Below, in pieces: positions 52,336 through 64,000 of a stretch of DNA of 64,000 nucleotides (positions within the stretch are counted from its first letter, which is position 1; each line of letters starts with the position of its first letter). Position numbers and translations under genes: made by a program. The notes below the pieces were generated by a model. That model did not search any database, was not told where the DNA came from, and worked only from the letters and a program-made list of their open reading frames with translations. The stretch comes from Eledone cirrhosa (taxonomy: Eukaryota). The DNA lies in NCBI GenBank assembly GCA_964016885.1, contig OZ024743.1:271994001-272058000 (forward strand), in the 5' to 3' direction.

Positions 52336-52555
52336 CACTGTAAAGTGGTTGTGTAGGGGTCAGTCATGACAAAAAGCACCCACTAGACACTGTAAATGTG
52401 GTTGGCATTAGGAATGGTATCCAGTTGTAGAAATCTAGTCAGAAACAGTTCTATATGAGCAAGACATGGTCACCTGACCCAACTTGCTTCAAATGAGACA
52501 ACCCATCTAACCCATGCTAGTGTGGAAAGTGGACATTAAACGATGATGATGATGA
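52336..52555 (+). mobile_element. Older RTE-type 3' tail copy
   Basis: 'cactgtaaatgtggttggcattaggaa..ggaaagtggacattaaacgatgatgat'. Confidence 0.8.
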
Positions 52556-54453
52556 TTTATATATGTATCATCCTCATCCAACATTTATTTTTTTCCAGGG
52601 TGACATGGGTTGGAGGGATCATCACAGACCAAAACAGAGTTACTGTTTTCCCAGATGGACCAAGAGCCATGATTTCCTTACATATGTTTAGGTTTATCCC
52701 TTCTTATCAGCAACCATTTTACAAAGTGTACTGAGTGCATTTTGTGGTCGCTCCAATAGTAGTGAGGCTGTCATATCTGATGTGATTGAAAAATCCTCTC
52801 AATCCTTTTTTGGCCAATGTTTACATGACTGGATGTCCTTTCTAATGCTAGCCAATTTACTGTATGCTCTGGGTGCATTTTATCATGGTACCAGCACTAG
52901 GAAAGTTGCCAGTTGTTGATTTGAGTGAAGAGATCTCGCTACCTAATGGGGCCAATAAAAGTACCAGTCCAGTGTAGTGGATTGGCAGAATTGTTACAGT
53001 ATTGAATGGGGTGGTTTATAACATTTGTTCTGGCTCTTTATCTTCTGAGATCAAATCCTGCTGTGGCTTTTTGGGGTGATAAACATAATCTGTTACCTGG
53101 TTTAACACTACCACCTGACCCATAGTTGTCTCAAGTGGAGTCTATTCTATTGCAAGCATTTGGACCAGATCTTCTATTTAAGGATACCTTCTTCTCTCCC
53201 TCATACTAATCTCAGAAACCATTAATCCACTGATCTACTAATTCTATCAATCTACTCTCTTCAATAATAAAAACAACATATAGTGGCACTCATACACACA
53301 CACGCACACATTCTCACACCAAAATTGTTATATATTGTAAATTTAAAGGGTTCAATCGTTCTGCAAGTTTAAACATTTTCCCCAACCCAAGCTAATGATG
53401 GAGTCTTTATAGGGTTACTTGGTCTGCTAGAAATAGCAGCCAAATTATGCCATATAGTTTTGTAAAAAAAAAAAAAATATGGAAACTCTGGACAATATAG
53501 TCTTAGATATACTATGCTAAGGGAAAGAAAATTGAATAGCCATGGTTTGAAAGACTCTAATCTGAGGTTTGCTCATTCGAAAATGAAAAAACTAAATGAT
53601 GTAAGCCAAGATATACCTGTATATGTTTATTGTATGTGGTATAGCTAAAGTAGGTACTTGGCTAGTGTCTAAAGGAATAAGAAGAAAAACTGCTTAAGTT
53701 TATGACCACATCAGTCATTAAAACCTTGCAACTGGAACTTACCACAAACTTTGAGATGAGTTATAAAAACATATTTGAGTACTCTCCAGTCTTGAATAAT
53801 CATTCCTCCCACCTACTTTTATTCCCCCATCTAGCTTATTAAATTTTACGTGCACGATGTTTGTGTTCCCACGCTTTTGCTATAGCTTTTAAGTGTCTTT
53901 TCAGTTGCATGCACCACAAACACTCTCCTTCCATTGATCCAGCATAACATCCAGAATGTGACAGCTGGAAAGAGAGTTGGCTCCACTTGATGTCTGGAGT
54001 GTTATTGGCCCTAAAACAATGACAGGCAAAATGGACCATACTGGGATCTGAACTCAGAGTGCAGTACATCAAAACAAATATCTAATACTCTAATGATTGC
54101 AAAATCATTAGGCTGTTTAGTCTTTTTGAGACTAAACAATCTGAAACTACTTCTAGCTCCACAATAGAAAAACTGATCCTTTTAAAGTATTCATTTTTTT
54201 TCTAAAACCTTTTCAGCAGCATTTTATTTAAAAACTCTTGTTGAGTTATGGTACAAACTCCAGCTTAATGAGAACATTAGTTATATTATCAAATCCCTCA
54301 AAATTCTGAATTATTTAAAAAATTATTTGAAGACCATAAGAAGTATCTTTCATTGCAAATATAACAAAAAGTTTAATGGCATGAGAAATAGAAATTTAAT
54401 AGTTTGAGATGCCAGAATACAGCTCAGAATATGTTTCATGGTTACTACATTAA

Positions 54454-54982
54454 CCCTTTAGCATTTAAACCAGCCATATCTGGCTAGAATTCTCTCACCT
54501 CTTTCTGTTCAAACTCATTGTAACTGGCCACTTATACTTATGTTAAAGTATTATTCTCAAAATGAATAATATCAAAATCTCATAGATTCGATATTATGTG
54601 AGATAAAGCTTTTGCTGTGAAAATACAATAGTAAATATAAAGTAATCATCATCATCTTCATCACCGTTTCACGTCCGTTCTTCCACGCTAGCATGGATTA
54701 GACGGGTTGTCCTGTTGTGGGCAGTGTCCAGTCGGCTGACCTTGTCTTGCTCATACGGGAACTGATTCTGGCTTGATTTTTACAGCTGGATGCCCTTCCT
54801 AACACCAACCTCATTTACAGTGAGTGCTGGGTGCTTTTTTGCCGTGGCACCTCCACGACCACTTTGCAGTGGAATGATAGGGACCCCAGTCCTATCATTT
54901 CATTTCTACAGCTGAGTAAACTGGAGCAATGTGAAATAAAGTGTCTTGCTCAAGGAAACAACACCATGTAAATACTAAAGGG
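54454..54982 (+). mobile_element. piggyBac-type MITE family 1 interrupted by an antisense RTE-tailed SINE (~54646-54965)
   Basis: TTAA/TIR ends intact; the insert is the reverse complement of the 20935-21260 SINE without its tRNA head. Confidence 0.88.
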
Positions 54983-55964
54983 TTAACGTGCTACCTACCA
55001 CGTGTAAACTACAGTAATATATCAATTTCAAATTCAACCAGCCAATTAAAACACATTCATTTTTATAATATCAGGTCTTCTTCCAACTAAACAAACAAAT
55101 AATACAATAGTATAAATCATGAATTATCAAAGAGCTGGAAATGCTTGAAATTTGAAAATGTGAGAGTCCCAAATGTATAAAAAAACTGTAATAACATTCA
55201 TCACTATAGATGAGTAAAGATGGAAAAAAGAGGACAGATATGCCTATAAAGAAATAATACAGTTTATATGAAGCATTGTGACATATCTGGTTGAGATTGT
55301 TTTGAGAAAGCTAGTACAATGTTGGTTACAAAGTTTTGAAATACGCAAGTGAAAACTAAAATAAATTAAGACAAACAAAACAACAGAGAATGATAGATTA
55401 ATATACAGAAAACTATAATGAGAAAGAGACAGAGATTGAGGAAGAGAAAAGTGGATATATATATAATAAGAGGTTGACGGGACTATATATATCTGAGAGA
55501 GAGAGATGGAGAGGAGAGAGAGAGGTGGTGGGAGAAAAAAGAAAAGAAAGACAGAATGGAGAGGAAGAAAAAGTAAACGACAGGAAGTGAGCAAAAGAGA
55601 GAGTGAGAGAAGTTCCATCAACATGTGTTATTATTTGACTGCTTCCCAACTCCAACAACTCACCCCAGCCCTCCCCACGGCCACATCAAAATCAACTGAT
55701 GTATGTTGATAATTGATTAATTTTTACAGAGAGTGTCTTTAACTGACAACTTTAGCCAATATTCATTAAGTCTGATTAGCAGTTAATTGAATGACAGCCA
55801 AAATAAATTTCCTTGACAGGTAAGTTGATCAGTGGATCATCAACACCTACCGACAGGTGAGGTGAGAAAACCCTACGAAAAATAATCAATATTGGTTAAG
55901 ATAAGTTGGTTCATACATACATACATAAATACATACATGCATATATATATATACATACATGTAT

Positions 55965-56200
55965 ATGGCCGAGTGAACACACACATGTGGTTATTTTTCT
56001 TCCCAATTATTTTTTCTCGTTTTTTCCCCATTCCTTCCTAATATCACTCTTTACTTTCTATTTATCTCCTATTTCTAACTATCTTCTGAGAAAGGACTAG
56101 TGACCAAAACGTTAAGACTCTCTTCTTTCTATTTCAAGCATTAAACTAATATACTTCTATGTACTGTGCCGTTATTTTTGTTATTTCTGTTTACCTTTTA
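55965..56200 (+). mobile_element. Penelope-like pLTR remnant with degenerate hammerhead motif (56082-56117)
   Basis: TCTT-CTGAGAA-A-GGA..ACC-AAAA-CG-TT-AAGA then 'caagcattaaactaata'; same family as 6630-6845. Confidence 0.6.
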
Positions 56201-56204
56201 CATA

Positions 56205-56251
<47 letters not shown>

Positions 56252-56559
56252 TATATACAAAGATACACATTCATATACATGTATTTCTATATGTATACAT
56301 GTATTTCTATATGTATACATGGGCTCAAAATGATCCAATCCCTACCTTAGGTACAAAATTGCATTCATTAGATGGTGGTTGGTGAAGTTAGATGCTTTTC
56401 ATTCCTTCATCCCATGTGCAACATGCTCCTTCCTTTATTAACTAATAATTTATACATACATGTGCATACATACACCATATAGACCCAAATATAAGCCTCC
56501 CCCCCATTTTGTGTCCGAGAAATGGGGAAAAAAAAATCACATTTATCTGCTCATCCTAA

Positions 56560-58852
56560 ATACTCTAGCCAAAACCAACATGAGTAAACAACACAGTACA
56601 CAGGGTCACTGCCCATGAAATATGCTGATGTTGCACGTATCATTCCGATGAAGAGGAGACAGTATGCAGAAGCAGTACAGACTGGCAGAAAAGATTGTGA
56701 GACAACTGACTTGGCTACATCAGATACAAAGCCAAAGTCAATCACACTAACATCTGCAACCACAAATGAAGGATCCAGGGTGGTCAACAATGACACTCAC
56801 CCAAATGTCATACCTCTGACACACCAAATATCACACCAGTACTACTACTACTAAATGTCAGAAGCCTGGTAAAACTGACCAGCAAGAGTAAAATCCCTGA
56901 GAGACCTAGCCACAAGTAACCAAACACTATTCATAGCACTAACTGAAATGCACCTGACAGCTAGCATAGCAGATGTGGATATACACATACCAAAATATGT
57001 ATTTCATACTGACAGGAGGGAAAGAACTCATTATGGAGTTGCTTTGTGCATTTGTGAAGATGTCATGCCCTTAGTACTGTTGTCACATTCCAACTGTCTG
57101 TGGCATGCTAATAGTACACATAAAGCAATTCAAAATGGTAATATGTGTCACATATCAGCTACCAGACACCCCTCTGAAAGATGGAAGAATTACTAATCAA
57201 ACTGGATGAGTCTCAACATACTGCTGCTGGGAGGCTTTAACCCTCCCAAGGTCAAATGTCACAACGGCCACCCCTCTCAGGCAGACAGTATGCTTCCCTG
57301 GATCTCACAAATAGATTATTCATGGGACAAATAGAACTTCATCTAACAAGGTGAGAATATTCTGAATCTCTGCTTCACAAATAACACAACGCTCATCCAA
57401 TGTGAAGGTGACATCAACGATTTTCTCAGATTATAACATAGTAGAACTAGTTTAACAGTCTATCACAGACTGAGATAGAAACCGAGTGTTTCCTTGATAG
57501 AAACCGAGTGTTTCCTATTGCTTGCAAGTAATAGGAAACACTCGGTTTCTATCAAGCCTAAACTTCCACAGAGCCAACTGGAAAAGGATTCAGGAGGAGA
57601 TCCTGAAGCAAAACTGAACCAACAGTCTCTTTACAGAAGATGTCAACATGTAGGTTCAGCAATTCATGGCAATAATACAAACCATATGCTTCAAGTTTGC
57701 CACAGAAAGAAAGGCTAACAGACACAAAAATATTATTTCCAGAGACAGTAAAATTTTACTAGACAGAGAACAAAGATCTCAAACTGGCTACATATGCAAC
57801 TAAAGAACAAGAAAGGATCCTATTTGAAGTAGGCATTATTTGAAATTTAAACTGAACTCAAACTCTCCCGTGAAAAGTAGAGGATAGAAAGTGAAGCCAG
57901 GGTTATAGAAAACAAAAACAAATCCTAAGACTTTCTTTAGATTTGCAAAAGAGACCGTTTCAGTACACTATGGGATAGGACCACTTTTCCATAGAAGTGG
58001 TTCATTTGACTGCAGACTTGCAAGGGATAAACAAGGTACTGAACAAACAGTATAAAAGCATTTTCATATCTCCTATGTGACATGCAAATAAATAAGCCAG
58101 ATGAGTTCTTTAACACCACTGCCCTACACAGAGAAATGGCAAAAATCAACTATATAAATATACAAGAGGAAGATGTAATATCAGTCATAGATGAAATGAG
58201 GCCAAATTCAGCTGCTGGCCCTCATGGATTCTCAACATGCATATGGACCTTAGCAAAACCAATGTAGATCCTCTTCCAAAACTCCCTTGCAAATAGTAAA
58301 CTCCCCAAAAAGCTAAAAGGAAACATACTATGTCCTATCCATAAAGGAGGAAGCAGAGCAGATGCTAAAAACTACAGACCTGTCTCTTGACTTCTCATAT
58401 CAGCAAAGTCATGAAACGAATCGTCAGAAGGAATCTGATCACTTTCCTAGAGAAAAATGGTTTTCTAACTGACATCCAGCATGGCTTTCACACAGGAAAA
58501 AGTTGCCTTACACAGCTCTTACAGCATTATGATTGGGTACTGAAACAGCTGCTAGAAGGTTCGAACATGGATGTTATATCTCGACTTTGCGAAGGCCTCC
58601 GACAAAGTTGATCATGGAACAATAAGTCACAAACTATGTAATTCTGGCATAGTTGGAAAATTAGGTGAATGGCTTCATGACTTCTTAAAAGACAGAAACC
58701 AGACGGTTGCAGCCAGTGGGGCTCTCACTAAGGAAACGTTGATATCAAGGAGCATGCCTCAGGGAACCACCTTGGGACCACTACAATTTGTGGTGGCTCT
58801 CTCAGATATGCCCTCTGTAATACAGATAGCCTCCCTCATTAACTATGCTGAA
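56560..58852 (+). mobile_element. Decayed CR1-clade LINE (APE + RT), 3'-truncated
   Basis: LLNVRSL..IALTEMHL (APE); PIHKGGSRADAKNYRPVSLTSHISKVM, QHGF..GKSCLTQLL, DFAKASDKVDH, PQGTTLGP, NYA (RT); many stops and frameshifts. Confidence 0.9.
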
Positions 58853-59064
58853 GGCATGAGCTCACAAAAACAAGATGATGTAAATCAATAAAGGAGAGCC
58901 ACAAAGTAATAACAAATGTAGTCACTGAGGCGGTCATAGAATGTGTGACAAAAGGGTTTGACAAAAGAGTTTTGAACTAACTGACTGTGAAAAATTGAAG
59001 TGAAACCCAAAAAGTACGTGTGTCTTTTTTTTTATTGGGAGAATGACCTACCCAAAGTATAACA

Positions 59065-59625
59065 ATCATCATCATCATCATCATCGACGTTTAACGTCCG
59101 TGTTCCACGCTTGCATGGGTTTGGACGGGGGTAGTCCCACTTGAGGCAAGAGTGATTGTCTTGCTCGCATAGGACTGTCTGGCAGGTTTTCTACAGTTGG
59201 ATGCCCTTCCTAACACCAACCACATTTACAGTGTGGGTCTGGGAGGTTTTTACCGTGTTGCCTACACGGCCACATTACAGCGTGGACTGTGTGTTTTTTT
59301 GTCGTGACACCTACACGATCTCATTTGTTTCGGCCTCGATGGCGCGGCACCAACATAACTTTACATAGAACGGGGTGGTGTGGATGGGGTGGGGGTGGTG
59401 GTGGTGGGACGGGGTGTATTTTGTTAGAGATGCCTACTGGCTGGAGTAGGTTTTACTATATATTTAGGTAAGGCGGGTCTTCTCTGTTACTGAGTACCGC
59501 CAAAGGTCTCGGTCCAGTGACATTGTCTTGGAGAGGTGTAAGTGTGTGATGTCGGAGTTTATCAGCTCGTCCCAGGTTTTTCTAGGTCTGCCTATTCCGT
59601 GACTACCGTCTATCTTTATTTCCCT
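59065..59625 (-). mobile_element. 5'-truncated RTE copy (sister subfamily)
   Basis: Reverse complement of ~51705-52248 with diagnostic differences. Confidence 0.92.
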
Positions 59626-59994
59626 ATATATATATTAATATATACATACATATACAGATATACATACATATACAGATATATATATATATACATATAGGTT
59701 TAGCTTTTCACTCCATAAAACTGTTTGCTTAAAAAATCTTTCTATCAATTTTTTCTTTCTTTCGCACTCTATAAGTCTGCCGTTAAAAAAAAAAATAGAA
59801 AAAGGGCTTCTCTGTCTATTCCGCCATATTTGATATTCTCTGTAACCAAATAGATATTTAGACTGGCTTAAAAAATGTTGTTTTCCTTTCTGCCTGCTCT
59901 GTATCTCAGGATTTCAAAACTACTGTCTAAATGTGTATTTTCTGTTTAGCCCCATAAAACTGTCGACAAAATCAATGCAATTTTTTCTTTGTTT

Positions 59995-61092
59995 CACTTT
60001 AAGAAACCAGCAAACCAACTGATCACCTACAGTTCATTATGAGAGGCTGATGAATGAGAAAAATGCATGGGAGGAAAACAGCCGGTCCCAAGTGTCCTCA
60101 ACAGAAGGTCTAGCTGTACGAGTAAGCAGCAACATAGTAAGGCAATTAAGAACATGAAGACAAGAATTGACTATATCCTTACCAGAAGACAAGATAGAGC
60201 AATGGTCGTAAAGACAAAAAGTGTCATGGATGAGGAATGCACCTCTCAACATAACCTAGTAGTCAGCATCTTCAGAGTTAGAACTAGACAGACCCAGAGA
60301 CAGAAGGCAACCTGGAGGAGGAGGATATGGAAGCTGAAGGAGCCCTCAGTTAATAACAAATTTAAGAGAATCTTGCTTGACACTTTTGACAGTAAGGAAG
60401 AAGAAATAGAATCATACAATACAGAGGAGTAGTGGTGGTTTCTGGGAGATAACCTGTTGAAAGTAACAAATGAGATCTGTTGATGGAGCATGATCCCAGG
60501 TAGAGTAGAGTCACTTAGTATTGGAATTGTAAGGTGGACGCGACAATTAAGGCCAAAAGACAGGCATGGGAAAAAAATGGAAAAATGGGGGTAACAGGTA
60601 TCTTTATGAAGAAGCTAAGTGAGAGGTTAGGTAGCAAGTATACCTGGCAAGGAGAGAAGCAGAAAATGAAAAGTTTAAGCATGTTTACAATGCGAGGACC
60701 AAAAGTGTGAGGTGTTCAGGATTGCAAGGCAATGTGTCAGGGAAAACCATGATGTTATCAGGAAGAAATGCATCTATGACAACAATGACACATTTGCCCT
60801 CACCAATGCTGAGAAGAAAGATACATGGAAATGCCATTACAAGAGGCTGATGAATGAGAAAAATTCATGGAAGTAAACAGCTGGCCCCAAGTGTACCCAA
60901 CAGAAGGTCCGGCTGCATAGTAAGGCAATTAAGAACATGAAGACAAGAAAAGCAGTCAGACCATTAGGAATAGTTGCTAAGAGGTTGAAAGCATTTGGGA
61001 TGGTTGGGTACACTCTAACCACCCATGACATAAACCAAGTAATACAGAATGGTATCACTCTCAATGACTGGTGTAACAGCATCATTGTCAAG
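59995..61092 (+). mobile_element. Decayed RTE internal fragment (EN C-terminus to RT start)
   Basis: IDYILTRR..EECTSQHNLVV..RRRIWKLKEP..; homologous to ~49390-50400. Confidence 0.9.
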
Positions 61093-61186
61093 ATGCAGGA
61101 CATGGCAGCGATAATGAGGGACAGAGACCGCTGGAGAGAACTCGTCCATGGATCTCGGGAATTTTACCCGCCTTAGATAGATAGAT
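61093..61186 (+). mobile_element. Very short 3' end of another RTE-group LINE with (TAGA)n tail
   Basis: MAAIMRDRDRWRELVHGSR..* directly followed by TAGATAGATAGAT. Confidence 0.65.
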
Positions 61187-61351
61187 ATATAATATATATA
61201 TAACATAATATATATATAATATATATATAATATAATATATATATATATATAATATATATAATATATATATATATATATAACATAATATATATATATATAT
61301 ATATATAACATAATATATATATATATATATAACATAATATATATATATATA

Positions 61352-61854
61352 TAAAATACGTAGTTAAGAAAGCCACAACAATGCAGAGGGAAATCTCGAG
61401 GTAGGAAGTGAATGATAGATAGGAGAAACAGGAGAAAGTAAAATTGAGAGAGACAAAGATGAAAACAAAACAAAGGTAGAAGGGTTACCGTAGTGGAGAT
61501 TTAATCCCAATATTTCGGGCTCACGCCCATCAACGGGGGAAAGTTCCAAAAGGGGGTGAACGGCATTCCTGTCTTAACGACATCACAACTTTCTCCGCTT
61601 GGCCTGTTCCCCCCTTTTGGAACTTTCCCCCGTTGATGGGCGTGAGCCCGAAATATTGGGATTAAATCTCCACTACGGTAACCCTTCTACCTTTGTTTTG
61701 TTTTCATCTTTGTCTCTCTCAATTTTCACTTTCTCCTGTTTCTCCTATCTATCATTCACTTCCTACCTCGAGATTTCCCTCTGCATTGTTGTGGCTTTCT
61801 TAACTACGTATTTTACACATTTCACAATGCTTCAAGCAAACTTTAACACCCTCT
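61352..61854 (+). mobile_element. Palindromic non-autonomous element 3 (inverted Penelope-like pLTR pair)
   Basis: Near-perfect ~205-bp arms 61352-61556 / 61610-61815; 39-nt tail 61816-61854; (TA)n on both flanks; hammerhead-like motif 61626-61661(+) and 61505-61540(-). Confidence 0.75.
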
Positions 61855-62339
61855 TATATATATATATATATAACATAATATATATATATAATATATATTA
61901 TATTATGTTCATTATTTTATATTGAAGTTATTATTCAACTCTTTGTAAATGTACTATTGATCCTTATTACTTACCAATGATTTTATGTACCATTATGATA
62001 TGTTAAATTTTATATTTTTGTACCATCATAATTTTGGGTATTGTACAATTTATATTTTTTTTCTTTTTCTCACCTGCTCTGTAACTCTATATGAATTGAT
62101 TTGTTAACTTACATGCCATTATATATTATATATTATTATATTATTATTATAGTGTTATTGTGACATCTATATTGTTTGTGTAAATTAACCGGAGATTATA
62201 TATTATATTATATTATATAATTATATAGTTTATTATATATTATATGTGTTACTTTTAATCATTTCATTACTTCAGGTTATACTGTATATTAGATATACGT
62301 ATTATTTTTATTTTTATTCCTATTATGCTTATTTATATT

Positions 62340-62539
62340 NNNNNNNNNNNNNNNNNNNNNNNNNNNNNNNNNNNNNNNNNNNNNNNNNNNNNNNNNNNNN
62401 NNNNNNNNNNNNNNNNNNNNNNNNNNNNNNNNNNNNNNNNNNNNNNNNNNNNNNNNNNNNNNNNNNNNNNNNNNNNNNNNNNNNNNNNNNNNNNNNNNNN
62501 NNNNNNNNNNNNNNNNNNNNNNNNNNNNNNNNNNNNNNN
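62340..62539. other. Assembly gap (200 N)
   Basis: Run of N. Confidence 0.99.

Positions 62540-64000
<1,461 letters not shown>

Overview
AT-rich, repeat-saturated animal genomic DNA with no recognisable host protein-coding gene, so probably a large intron or gene desert. The repeat mix (RTE LINEs with (GAT)n tails, tRNA-derived SINEs, abundant (TA)n/(CA)n microsatellites) resembles a cephalopod, Octopus-like genome; this is inference. The main coding feature is a near-intact RTE-clade LINE at about 48.2-52.2 kb: APE endonuclease, RT and an embedded C4HC3 PHD-type finger, broken by one nonsense codon. Many 5'-truncated copies and a SINE sharing its 3' tail accompany it. Also present are decayed CR1-, CRE-, RTE-BovB-like and Penelope (GIY-YIG) fragments, piggyBac/hAT/Tc1-type MITEs, a Helitron, minisatellites and a 200-N gap. 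The most notable signal is three sequence-unrelated 300-500 bp palindromic elements (3.5, 47.1, 61.4 kb) with one shared design: (TA)n on both flanks, one arm carrying a 39-60 nt unpaired tail, and each arm with an outward-facing hammerhead-like fold with a non-canonical core followed by a polyA-signal-like hexamer. This fits non-autonomous, inverted Penelope-type pLTR elements that may carry variant ribozymes. Several clean template-switch/fold-back scars also occur. Most long ORFs in the track are low-complexity artefacts. All family calls come from reading motifs by eye, without database searches.
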